A DNA stretch of 64,000 nucleotides from Ruminococcus sp. (GTDB taxonomy: Bacteria > Bacillota > Clostridia > Oscillospirales > Ruminococcaceae): the NCBI GenBank assembly GCA_018376535.1, contig JAHABC010000001.1, positions 186,066 through 250,065 on the forward strand, written 5' to 3'. Each line of letters begins with the position of its first letter. The first letter of the stretch is position 1. Made by a program: the position numbers and the translations under genes. The notes under the pieces were generated by a model. It worked only from the letters and a program-made list of their open reading frames with translations, had not been told where the DNA came from and did no database searches. Positions 30,675 through 39,962 of this stretch are shown here, in pieces.

Positions 30675-31638
30675 CTGCCGAACCTCCTTCCTCTTGATAT
30701 GTTATAAACCTTTCAATAAACTCATGAGCAATTTCAAAGTTTTTTTCCATTTTTTTATAAGAATCGTAGACTTTTTCTACTTTTCTAATACCGATGTACA
30801 TATCATCTGGAATAGAACCTTCATAGCCAATCTGTTGAGCGAAGTCGGTATCTTTTAGATAGTACTTATAATGGTCAACATTTTCATCGTCTTTAAAATC
30901 TTTGGATAGATTGTATAAAACTTCTTTAGGTTTTAGTATTTCCTCACAAGAGTCATCTGCAACTACTATTAGGGAGTTCGCCGATTGCATTTCACCAGAA
31001 AACTTAGCCATATAACTAGTATAGTTTACATCATTAGAATCGGTAGCTATAGGAATATAGTACACATTAACTGTAGATACACCATCGCCAGTATTATCAT
31101 CTACAAACTGTTCAAAGTAGTCGGACATTTGTTGTGTATAACCTGAAAGTTCACCATTAGTGACAAAGAACAGTACAGTAGCATCGGCTTTAGGAGTAGT
31201 AACTATACCATAAGTTATGTAACTAGCTATAATCAAGATAAATATTACAATCCAAAGCCACCAAACGTTATGATAAAAAAAGTTCCCTATCTTTTGAGGA
31301 AATGTCAACACTGGAGCTTCCTCATGAACTTCATGAATACTATCCGAATGGTCGATTACACCCTGTTTAAGACGAATTAACTCAATCTTATCTTGTTGTA
31401 ACTTTTTAGCATAATCTTCACGTTCTTTTTCATGTTGAGCAATAGCCTTTTGTTCACGTTCAGCTTGAAGTACACGTTCTTTTTCTTCGATTTCCTTAGC
31501 CCTATCAAAAAGACTTTTTTGTTTAGTGTTACCATCATCGTTATTAGAAGTATCATCTAATTGTAAAGATTTCTTGTCATCATCATGGGAAATATCATTC
31601 TTATCTTTATCCAAAAAAGCGACCTCCAATCTATACAA
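30667..31638 (-). CDS. Membrane-anchored protein: a charged, coiled-coil-like cytoplasmic N-terminus, one TM segment, and an approximately 190-aa ectodomain
   Basis: 323 aa. A KE-rich segment (EEKERVLQAEREQKAIAQHEKEREDYAKKLQQDK) is followed by a TM segment (WWLWIVIFILIIASYITYGIV). The gene overlaps the next gene by 8 nt, suggesting translational coupling. Confidence 0.45.
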   Translation of the reverse strand: MYRLEVAFLDKDKNDISHDDDKKSLQLDDTSNNDDGNTKQKSLFDRAKEIEEKERVLQAEREQKAIAQHEKEREDYAKKLQQDKIELIRLKQGVIDHSDSIHEVHEEAPVLTFPQKIGNFFYHNVWWLWIVIFILIIASYITYGIVTTPKADATVLFFVTNGELSGYTQQMSDYFEQFVDDNTGDGVSTVNVYYIPIATDSNDVNYTSYMAKFSGEMQSANSLIVVADDSCEEILKPKEVLYNLSKDFKDDENVDHYKYYLKDTDFAQQIGYEGSIPDDMYIGIRKVEKVYDSYKKMEKNFEIAHEFIERFITYQEEGGSAVG

Positions 31639-31707
31639 AAAATGCAGAATGAAAGATATATACTAGTAACTTTTACATTCTGCATTAAGTGTCAATAAGT
31701 TATAATA

Positions 31708-33225
31708 CTACGCTAATGGACGCATAGTAGGGAACAATAATACATCTCTAATAGATGGGCTATCAGTAAGTAGCATAACTAATCTATCAAGACCTAAACC
31801 TAAGCCACCAGTTGGAGGCATACCATATTCAAGAGCAGTAACAAAATCCTCATCTACTTGAGCGTTATTGCCACCTTGAGCACGTTTAGCTTTAACTTGT
31901 TTTTCAAATCTTTCACGTTGGTCAATAGGGTCGTTAAGTTCAGAGAACGCATTACCCATTTCACGACAGTATATAAAGTATTCAAAACGTTCAGTAAAGG
32001 CTGGGTTAGATGGTTTTCTCTTAGCTAATGGAGAGTTTTCTACTGGATAATCATAGATTATAGTAGGTTGTACAAGTTTATCTTCAACAAAGGCATCAAA
32101 GAAAGCTATCAACACATGACCCTTAGTAGCAGTGTCGCCTTCTTCTACTTCTACGTGGTGAGCCTTTGCACAAGCACGAGCCTCCTCATCAGTAGACCAA
32201 TCGTTGTAATCTACACCAGCATACTTTTTAACAGCCTCAACCATAGTTAGACGTTCCCAAGTTTCGCCTAGCTTTATTTCAACTCCTTGATACATTACAT
32301 TATCCGAACCACATATAGTCTTTGCCAAATGATGGTATAGATTTTCTATTAAATCCATCATACCAAAGTAGTCTGTATACGCTTGATACATCTCTATAGA
32401 TGTAAATTCAGGGTTATGGGAAGTATCCATACCTTCATTACGGAATATTCTACCAACCTCATAAACCTTATCAAAGCCACCAACTATCAATCTTTTTAGA
32501 TATAGTTCAGTTTCAATTCTAAGATACATATCTATATCCAATGCGTTGTGATGTGTTACGAAAGGTCTAGCAGATGCACCAATTTCAAGAGTGTGTAATA
32601 CTGGAGTATCAACTTCAATGTAACCTAGATTATCTAAGTAGTTTCTAATCTCCTTTAATATTTGACTTCTCTTGACAAAAGTATCCTTAACGTCTGGATT
32701 ACATATTAAATCCACATAACGTTGACGATATCTAGTATCAGTATCCTTTAAGCCGTGCCACTTTTCAGGTAGTGGTAGTAAAGATTTAGAAAGTAACTCT
32801 ATCTTAGTAGCGTGTACGGATATCTCACCAGTACGAGTCTTAAATACAAAACCCTCAATACCTACTATATCTCCGATATCCCACTTCTTGAACTCTTTAA
32901 ATTCATCTTCGCCGATATCGTTCATACGAACGTATACTTGCATTCTATCCGAACCATCACGAACGTTAATGAAGTTAGCCTTACCCATATTTCTCCAAGT
33001 GATAATTCTACCAGCAATCTTAACGGTTTGACCTTCCATAGCGTCGTAGTTTTCACGGATTTCAATATTCTTATGAGTATAGTCAAACTTAGTAATCTCA
33101 TAAGGATTGCAATTCTTAGCTTTAAGTTCGTCTAGCTTTTCAATTCTAATCTTTTTTAGTATGTTAATATCCTGTTGAGTTTCTTCCTCAACTGGAAGAT
33201 TGTTATTCTGTTGATTTTCTGCCAT
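31708..33225 (-). CDS. lysS: Lysine--tRNA ligase (class II)
   Basis: 505 aa. Class-II motifs are present, including the C-terminal GGLGLGLDRLVMLLTD. Confidence 0.95.
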   Translation of the reverse strand: MAENQQNNNLPVEEETQQDINILKKIRIEKLDELKAKNCNPYEITKFDYTHKNIEIRENYDAMEGQTVKIAGRIITWRNMGKANFINVRDGSDRMQVYVRMNDIGEDEFKEFKKWDIGDIVGIEGFVFKTRTGEISVHATKIELLSKSLLPLPEKWHGLKDTDTRYRQRYVDLICNPDVKDTFVKRSQILKEIRNYLDNLGYIEVDTPVLHTLEIGASARPFVTHHNALDIDMYLRIETELYLKRLIVGGFDKVYEVGRIFRNEGMDTSHNPEFTSIEMYQAYTDYFGMMDLIENLYHHLAKTICGSDNVMYQGVEIKLGETWERLTMVEAVKKYAGVDYNDWSTDEEARACAKAHHVEVEEGDTATKGHVLIAFFDAFVEDKLVQPTIIYDYPVENSPLAKRKPSNPAFTERFEYFIYCREMGNAFSELNDPIDQRERFEKQVKAKRAQGGNNAQVDEDFVTALEYGMPPTGGLGLGLDRLVMLLTDSPSIRDVLLFPTMRPLA

Positions 33226-33244
33226 TTAAAAAACTCCTTTTATA

Positions 33245-33718
33245 TTACTTTGAAATAGATATAACTTCAAATTCGATAACACCAGCAGGTGCTTCAACTA
33301 AGAAGTACTCTCCAACTTTTTTCTTCATGGCTGATTTACCAATAGGAGATTCATCAGAGATTTTACCATTAATAGGGTCAGATTCATTAGTATTAACTAT
33401 TTGCATTTTTTCTATTTTGCCAGTAGTCATATTTTTTATTTCTATTATAGAACTCATACCTATTTCTTCAGTAGAAATACTATCATCATCGACAATAACA
33501 GCATTTTCAAGAGTAATTTGAAGTTCTACTATTTCAGCCTCAAGTATACCTTGTTCATCTTTAGCGGCATCGTACTCAGCATTTTCGGAAAGGTCACCAT
33601 AGGAACGAGCTTCTTTTAGCTTTTCAGCGACTTCAACACGTCTAACGGTTTTTAGATATTCTAACTTTTCTTCTAACTTTTTAAAACCCTCACGGGACAT
33701 TTGTTTCTTTTCAGCCAT
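33245..33718 (-). CDS. greA: Transcription elongation factor GreA
   Basis: 157 aa. It has SREGFKKLEEKLEYLKTVRR and the acidic-tip motif EARSYGDLSENAEYDAAKD. It lies 19 nt upstream of lysS. Confidence 0.95.
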   Translation of the reverse strand: MAEKKQMSREGFKKLEEKLEYLKTVRRVEVAEKLKEARSYGDLSENAEYDAAKDEQGILEAEIVELQITLENAVIVDDDSISTEEIGMSSIIEIKNMTTGKIEKMQIVNTNESDPINGKISDESPIGKSAMKKKVGEYFLVEAPAGVIEFEVISISK

Positions 33719-33969
33719 AGTTATAGTACCTCACATTTCATGATTTTAAAAAATTCCTATACTATATTATTATATAACTTATAACATGGAATGTCAAGAT
33801 TATTTTTCTTAAAGAAATCTATAGAAAAACAAATAGTAGACAATAATTAATATCTAACAATTATTATTTATTAATTATTATCTATTAATTGAATATATAC
33901 CTATTGTGTTACTTTTGAATATATAGTATAATAATCTAAGATAATTCTATTAAAAAAGGAGTAGACTAT

Positions 33970-34746
33970 ATGTATAACAATATTTTTGATACACACTCCC
34001 ATTATACTGATGATGCCTTTAAGTTAGATAGTCTAGCTTTATTAGATGATATCCATACTAATAATGGCGTTAAACTGGTAATGTGTGCTACTGTAGATAT
34101 TCAAGATAGCTTAAATACTCTAAACTTAGCAAGTAAACGTGATTTTATATACTGCTCTGCTGGAATACACCCAGAAAATTTGGATAATCTTCAAGAAAAC
34201 TACATCGAACTGTTAGAAAACTTAGTTAAAGAAAATCCTAATAAGATTAAAGCCATCGGTGAAATAGGTCTTGACTATCACTATGAGGGTTATAATGCTG
34301 AACTTCAAAAAGAAGTATTTATATCTCAAATGGAGTTGGCTAAAAAATTAAATCTTCCAGTTATAATACACTCAAGAAACGCTTGTGAAGATACTCTTGA
34401 AATTTTAAGAGAATATCAAGGAGTTAAAGGCGTTATGCACTGTTATAGCTACTCTAATGAGGTTGCTAAGGAAATCTTAAAGTTAGGATATTATATCAGT
34501 TTTACGGGAGTAATCACATTTAAGAACTCTAAAAAGGCGATAAAATCTCTTGAAGTCGTTCCAATGGACAGACTTATGCTCGAAACTGATTGCCCTTATA
34601 TGTCACCTGAACCTTTTAGAGGTCAACGTTGTAACTCCTCTATGATATATCGCATGGCTGAAAAGGTAGCAGAAGTGAAAAATTTAAAACCTCAACAAGT
34701 TTTAGATATTACCTATCAAAATGGCTTGAAATTCTTTAATATCTAG
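33970..34746 (+). CDS. TatD-family metal-dependent hydrolase/DNase
   Basis: 258 aa. It has FDTHSHYTDDAF, and also GEIGLDYHY and the VIIHSR motifs. Confidence 0.85.
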   Translation: MYNNIFDTHSHYTDDAFKLDSLALLDDIHTNNGVKLVMCATVDIQDSLNTLNLASKRDFIYCSAGIHPENLDNLQENYIELLENLVKENPNKIKAIGEIGLDYHYEGYNAELQKEVFISQMELAKKLNLPVIIHSRNACEDTLEILREYQGVKGVMHCYSYSNEVAKEILKLGYYISFTGVITFKNSKKAIKSLEVVPMDRLMLETDCPYMSPEPFRGQRCNSSMIYRMAEKVAEVKNLKPQQVLDITYQNGLKFFNI

Positions 34747-34762
34747 GAAAGGGTTCGTTTTT

Positions 34763-35086
34763 ATGTATTTTGAAAATTTTAATTATGGAAGTAATATAAA
34801 ATCTAAGTATGTGAATTTTCCACTTGATATTAATTTAGAACTATCTAAACAAGTAGATTTACTCAAAGAAGATTTAATACAAATATATTATACTAATGGA
34901 CATATCTTAGATATTGGATATTATCCTGAATTTGATTTGAAAAATGGTTCATTTAAAATAGTTGTATCTAAAAAAAGGTATAATCATAAGATTATCAGTT
35001 ATTCTGCAAGTAATATTGATACTCTAATTAAGAATATTAATCTTGCAATTAATGTAATTCAAGATACTTTTCATACTAGTAAATAA
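34763..35086 (+). CDS. Hypothetical protein
   Basis: 107-aa ORF between tatD-like and rsmE on the same strand. It has a weak RBS and no recognisable motif. Confidence 0.3.
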   Translation: MYFENFNYGSNIKSKYVNFPLDINLELSKQVDLLKEDLIQIYYTNGHILDIGYYPEFDLKNGSFKIVVSKKRYNHKIISYSASNIDTLIKNINLAINVIQDTFHTSK

Positions 35087-35101
35087 AAAGGAGAAAATAA
35101 T

Positions 35102-35821
35102 ATGCCTAGATTTTTCGTAAACGTAGAAGATGAAAACAACATAATCATAGAGGGCGACGACGCTCGTCACATTGGACGCTCTTTAAGAATGAAATTAGGT
35201 GACGCTATCACGGTAACTTGCAAGGGTACAGATTATAATTGTACTATAAAAAGTATCTCCGATGAGGTTGTAACTTTAAACTTAATAGATAAACATATCT
35301 GTAAGAGTGAACCATCTGTAAAGTTGATACTCTTTCAAGCCATTCCAAAAGGTGATAAGTTTGAAACTATCTTACAAAAATCCATAGAGTTGGGTGCTAG
35401 TGAGATAGTTCCCGTATTAACTCGCAGATGCGTTTCTCGACCTACTGACAAAGATTTCTCTAAGAAGTTAAAGCGTTATGAAAAGATATCTGAAAGTGCA
35501 TCAAAGCAATCTGGTAGAGGAATAATTCCAAAGGTTCATAACATGGTAACTCTTGACAAAGCTATAGATATGATGAAATCTAACGATTTAAACTACATTC
35601 TATATGAAAACGGTGGAGAACGTTTTTCAGCTGAACGTCTAAAAGATGTTAAAACTATCGGAGTTTTCATAGGTAGTGAGGGTGGTTTCGATTTGGAAGA
35701 AGTCGAAAAAGTAAAGTCTAATGGAGGCGTTCCAATATGGCTAGGCGAACGTATCTTAAGATGTGAAACTGCTCCCCTATCTGCGATAACCATAATAATG
35801 CACTTAACTGGCAATATGTAA
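35102..35821 (+). CDS. rsmE: 16S rRNA (uracil1498-N3)-methyltransferase RsmE
   Basis: 239 aa. It begins MPRFFV...DDARHIGRSLRMKLGD (PUA-like N-terminus) followed by a SPOUT C-terminus. Confidence 0.85.
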   Translation: MPRFFVNVEDENNIIIEGDDARHIGRSLRMKLGDAITVTCKGTDYNCTIKSISDEVVTLNLIDKHICKSEPSVKLILFQAIPKGDKFETILQKSIELGASEIVPVLTRRCVSRPTDKDFSKKLKRYEKISESASKQSGRGIIPKVHNMVTLDKAIDMMKSNDLNYILYENGGERFSAERLKDVKTIGVFIGSEGGFDLEEVEKVKSNGGVPIWLGERILRCETAPLSAITIIMHLTGNM

Positions 35822-35835
35822 CGATTAAAAAAATA

Positions 35836-35867
35836 GTAGGTTCTAAAAAAGAACCTACCTTTTTTTT
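35836..35867. terminator. Bidirectional terminator shared by rsmE and the convergent EpsG-like gene
   Basis: The sequence is gtaggttc-taaaaaa-gaacctac followed by tttttttt. The minus-strand reading also has a T run. Confidence 0.65.
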
Positions 35868-36972
35868 ATGATGAATAGTTTAAAAAGCTCTGATATGGGA
35901 AAGTTCCGTGGAAACCACTTACCATACCAAAGATATTATATCCAAATGCCACAAGTATGGTCAATATTACAAGTATTGAATACTTAATCTTACCCGATTT
36001 AACTTTATCATCTTTAATAAAGTAATCTTTAAGGGAGTCTAAAACGTCTGGAACTGCTATCATAACGAATATATATACAAATATAGAAAATCTTTCAAGG
36101 ATAAAGTGCTTAGTTATAAAGAACCATATTCCAAAAGTAAATACGGCAGAGTTTACCAGTATATAACTATTATGTTTTTTATCGTAGCCACCCTCATGAT
36201 AACCAAACAACATAAGCAACATATACAAAGATGGTACTATTAAATACTTTTGATGCAATCCCGCATTTAAATACTTAGTATCTAAGTAAGCACCATATTT
36301 AGGAACTAATTCAGCTACAATATCTAATATATTATTAGAGAATATGTATAATACTATTAAAAATATCATACCACCGAATAAAATCTTAGTAGTAGGTTTT
36401 ATATAGGCTATCACAAAATATATAGGTATCATCAACAGTGCCGAAGAATGTATAGTAGAGGCTATCAGCACTACTACTATAAACGGAATAGTCTTTCTTT
36501 CGATAAACCATCTATATGCAAGAAATATTATAGTGGCTGCCAACGTTTGACGTACAAAGTTCATAGATGAATAATAAAACGTTAAACACACATACAAATG
36601 ACATGATAACCATACATTCTTACTATACTTAGCTATAATATATCCCGTGGGAGCTAAACACATAAAAGCCATTATTCCGTACATTATCCTGTATTTTTTG
36701 GTAAATAATGATATAAATTTAAATAGCAACATAAAACCTGGTTCTATTTGGTCATTAAGACATTCATTCCAATCATAAGATATTGCTCTAAGGAATATGT
36801 TTATATAAGAAAAATAATCATTACCAATACCATACCTAAAATAAGACAATCCAAATAGATACATAAACACTAATACGACATAAGCAACATTTTTAATCTT
36901 ATTAGGTTTATATATGCAAAATGGATACGCTAATGCAAATATAATTACTTCAGCAATTATATAAACAGTCAT
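35866..36972 (-). CDS. EpsG-family/Wzy-like polysaccharide polymerase membrane protein
   Basis: 368 aa with about 10 TM segments. The YFRYGIGNDYFSYINIF motif is typical of EpsG-type polymerases. Confidence 0.45.
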   Translation of the reverse strand: MTVYIIAEVIIFALAYPFCIYKPNKIKNVAYVVLVFMYLFGLSYFRYGIGNDYFSYINIFLRAISYDWNECLNDQIEPGFMLLFKFISLFTKKYRIMYGIMAFMCLAPTGYIIAKYSKNVWLSCHLYVCLTFYYSSMNFVRQTLAATIIFLAYRWFIERKTIPFIVVVLIASTIHSSALLMIPIYFVIAYIKPTTKILFGGMIFLIVLYIFSNNILDIVAELVPKYGAYLDTKYLNAGLHQKYLIVPSLYMLLMLFGYHEGGYDKKHNSYILVNSAVFTFGIWFFITKHFILERFSIFVYIFVMIAVPDVLDSLKDYFIKDDKVKSGKIKYSILVILTILVAFGYNIFGMVSGFHGTFPYQSFLNYSS

Positions 36973-37068
36973 AAGAATATCACCCTAATATTAAATTTTT
37001 TAGAACTTATTAAAATTCCAATACAATTATAGCATAATTATGTTAATAGGTCAACTAATATAGAACAA

Positions 37069-37100
37069 AAAAACACATCAACTTAATGATGTGTTTTTTA
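37069..37100 (-). terminator. Rho-independent terminator after pckG
   Basis: On the minus strand the sequence reads AAAAACACATCA-TTAAGT-TGATGTGTTTTT followed by a T run. Confidence 0.6.
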
Positions 37101-37122
37101 TATTAAGTGCAATACAATAATA

Positions 37123-38919
37123 TTACTTATTTAATCTAGCTTCTAGCTTGTCTAACTCATCAGAAAGAGCCTTAGGAAGTCTAGCGAATTGTTTGTAGTA
37201 GTTTCTCATTTCCTCAACTTCAGCTTTCCAAAGGTCAGTATCAACAGCAAGTAGTTGGTCAAGAACTTCAGGAGTTACTTCATCTTCAATACCTTCAAGA
37301 TTTAGGTCTTCCTTCTTAGGTAGATAACCAATAGCAGTTTCTTCAGCATCAACGACGCCTTCACAACGCTTAATAATCCAGTCAAGAACTCTCATATTAT
37401 CGCCAAAACCAGGCCAAATGAAGTTGCCATTTTCATCTTGCTTGAACCAGTTTACATTGAAAATCTTAGGAGCTTTATCGCCTAACTTTTCGCCCATTTC
37501 TAGCCAGTGACCCCAGTAGTCAGCCATATCGTAACCACAGAAAGGCTTCATAGCCATTGGGTCGTGACGAAGTACGCCAACAGCACCAGTAGCAGCAGCA
37601 GTAGTTTCAGAAGATACTGCAGAACCCATATAAGTTCCGTGAGTCCAATCGAATGATTGATATACTAGTGGAGTAGTCTTTGCACGTCTACCACCAAAGA
37701 TGATTGCAGATACTGGTACGCCCTCTGGATTATTAAATTCAGAAGATAGGCATGGACAGTTTACTGCAGGTGCGGTAAATCTTGAGTTAGGGTGTGCTAG
37801 AGTGTTGCCTTCAGCAATATATTCAGGACCATTTACCTTAGCACCCTTCCATTCAGTAGCATTTACTGGAGGATTCTTATCAAACTTTTCCCACCAAACA
37901 GTCATATCATCGTTATTGATAGCTACGTTAGTAAATATAGTGTTCTTCTTAGTGGATTCTAATGCATTATAGTTAGACTTTTCATTAGTACCAGGAGCAA
38001 CACCAAAGAAACCGTTTTCTGGGTTGATAGCGTATAGTCTGCCATCTTTACCAGGTTTCATCCAAGCGATATCATCACCAACAGTCCAAATCTTGTAACC
38101 AGCCTTCTTGTAGCCTTCTGGTGGAATTAACATAGCTAAGTTAGTCTTACCACAAGCAGATGGGAATGCAGCAGTGATATACTTAACTTCGCCATTTGGC
38201 TTTTCAAAACCTAAGATAAGCATATGCTCAGCCATCCAACCTTCGTTCTTACCTTGGAAAGATGCAATTCTTAAAGCAAAGCACTTCTTACCAAGTAGTA
38301 CGTTACCGCCGTATGCAGAGTTAATAGACCAGATAGTATTTTCTTCTGGGAATTGTACAATATATCTACCTTCTGGGTCAACATCAGCCTTAGAGTGTAG
38401 ACCTCTTACGAAATCGTTAGAAGTTTCGCCTAAGTTTTCAAATGCTTGAACGCCCATTCTAGTCATGATATTCATATTTAGTACAACGTAGATAGAGTCA
38501 GTAACTTCTACACCAACCTTAGCTAATGGAGAACCAATTGGTCCCATTGAGTAAGGAATAACATACATAGTTCTACCCTTCATAACGCCAGTGTACATAG
38601 GAATTAACTTAGCCTTCATATCTTCTGGGCTCATCCAGTTGTTAATAGGACCAGCATCTTCCTTATTTTTAGTACAGATAAAAGTTCTATCCTCAACTCT
38701 AGCAACATCGTTAGGTTTAGTTCTATGATATAGACAACCTGGAAGTTTTTCTTGATTTAATTCAATCATTTCACCAGTTTCGATAGCTTCTTTTCTTAAA
38801 GCTTGAAGTTGTTCTTCACTACCGTCAATCCAAACTACATTATCTGGAGTAGTAAGAGCAATCATTTCATCTACCCAAGCGACAACGTTTGGGTTTTTAG
38901 TTAATGGCTTCTTTGACAT
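37123..38919 (-). CDS. pckG: Phosphoenolpyruvate carboxykinase (GTP)
   Basis: 598 aa. It matches the GTP-dependent PEPCK family: the GSAYGGN-like kinase-1a motif (INSAYGGNVLLGKKCF) and FPSACGKTN. Confidence 0.9.
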   Translation of the reverse strand: MSKKPLTKNPNVVAWVDEMIALTTPDNVVWIDGSEEQLQALRKEAIETGEMIELNQEKLPGCLYHRTKPNDVARVEDRTFICTKNKEDAGPINNWMSPEDMKAKLIPMYTGVMKGRTMYVIPYSMGPIGSPLAKVGVEVTDSIYVVLNMNIMTRMGVQAFENLGETSNDFVRGLHSKADVDPEGRYIVQFPEENTIWSINSAYGGNVLLGKKCFALRIASFQGKNEGWMAEHMLILGFEKPNGEVKYITAAFPSACGKTNLAMLIPPEGYKKAGYKIWTVGDDIAWMKPGKDGRLYAINPENGFFGVAPGTNEKSNYNALESTKKNTIFTNVAINNDDMTVWWEKFDKNPPVNATEWKGAKVNGPEYIAEGNTLAHPNSRFTAPAVNCPCLSSEFNNPEGVPVSAIIFGGRRAKTTPLVYQSFDWTHGTYMGSAVSSETTAAATGAVGVLRHDPMAMKPFCGYDMADYWGHWLEMGEKLGDKAPKIFNVNWFKQDENGNFIWPGFGDNMRVLDWIIKRCEGVVDAEETAIGYLPKKEDLNLEGIEDEVTPEVLDQLLAVDTDLWKAEVEEMRNYYKQFARLPKALSDELDKLEARLNK

Positions 38920-39087
38920 CTTAAATAGCCCCTTTCGACATTTTCAATTTTTGGGAAATGTATACCAAAGGATATCATTTCTATAGATATAATTATAAAT
39001 CATTTTTGAAAATATGTCAATACATTTCGACATAGCTAACATAAATTTTATTGCATTCAAAAAAAAATTTAAGCATATATAATAAAC

Positions 39088-39128
39088 ATATCAAGATATT
39101 ATGTATATTATGCACAATATCTTGATAT
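39088..39128 (-). terminator. Perfect 13-bp inverted repeat (ATATCAAGATATT ... AATATCTTGATAT, 15-nt loop) downstream of the last cluster gene; either a terminator or a protein-binding inverted repeat
   Basis: It lies 30 bp after the TEII stop. A moderate T-rich tract follows on the minus strand. Confidence 0.35.
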
Positions 39129-39157
39129 ATATGTAAAGTATTTAATTTAATTAAGTT

Positions 39158-39946
39158 TTAGCGTACTAAAACACTTCTACTAGTCTTTTTATAAAGTAGA
39201 TTATATATATCATTTTTAATAACATCGATATAATAGTCGCCAAGGTCGAATATAAAAAAGTGTTCGCCTGAGTATTCGTACTTAGAGAACTTGCCAGTAG
39301 TTACATCTTTCCAAGCGTCCATCATTTTAAAACTAGCATCGTGGTCTTTAGAACCTGCATACGCTATTATAGGAATACTTAAAACTTCATTATTATAGAT
39401 AAAAGTTTCATTTAGCTTGTAGTCATTCTTGATAAACGGAATTATAATCTTTAATACTTCCTCATTTTCCAAGATTTCTTTAGGAGTACCACCCATAAGT
39501 TTTAGTTCATCTATTAAAGCACTGTCGTCCATATCGGTAGAATATCTATCGCTAAAGTGAATACACGCTGAATGTCTACCAGATACCATCAAGGCTAATG
39601 GCTTATTAGAATAGTTTTGTTCAAGCTCATAAGCAGTTTTGAATGCTACTGCTGAACCCATACTATGTCCATATAATATGTATCTTCTGCCATCTGCAAA
39701 CTCTGAGATAGCTTTAGCAATCATAGAAGATATAGTATCCATATTGAATATGTAATCTTCTGCCATTCTGCAACCCTTTCCAGGTAACTCAATTGGAATG
39801 AATGCTATATGCTCATCATTTTTCTTAGTCCAAGGCATATATACAGATGCTGAACCTCCTGCATGATGAAAACAAAATACCAATATAGTGTCATCATTTA
39901 AAGATATCTTTTTTGAAAATGGAAACCATTTTGTACAATCTGTCAT
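39158..39946 (-). CDS. Type II (editing) thioesterase of the PKS/NRPS cluster
   Basis: It has FCFHHAGGSASVY (the TEII N-terminal motif) and LYGHSMGSAVAF (GxSxG). The start is taken at MTDCTKWFPF, with a GGAAG RBS 17 nt after the megasynthase stop. The tabulated ORF extends to 39994. Confidence 0.8.
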   Translation of the reverse strand: MTDCTKWFPFSKKISLNDDTILVFCFHHAGGSASVYMPWTKKNDEHIAFIPIELPGKGCRMAEDYIFNMDTISSMIAKAISEFADGRRYILYGHSMGSAVAFKTAYELEQNYSNKPLALMVSGRHSACIHFSDRYSTDMDDSALIDELKLMGGTPKEILENEEVLKIIIPFIKNDYKLNETFIYNNEVLSIPIIAYAGSKDHDASFKMMDAWKDVTTGKFSKYEYSGEHFFIFDLGDYYIDVIKNDIYNLLYKKTSRSVLVR

Positions 39947-39962
39947 AAAAGACCACTTCCTT

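Noticed and set aside
31639-31707. Possible T-box leader ahead of lysS
   Set aside because: lysS follows greA after 19 nt in one operon, and the 69-nt gap upstream of lysS's neighbour holds no specifier or T-box sequence. There is no room for a T-box leader.
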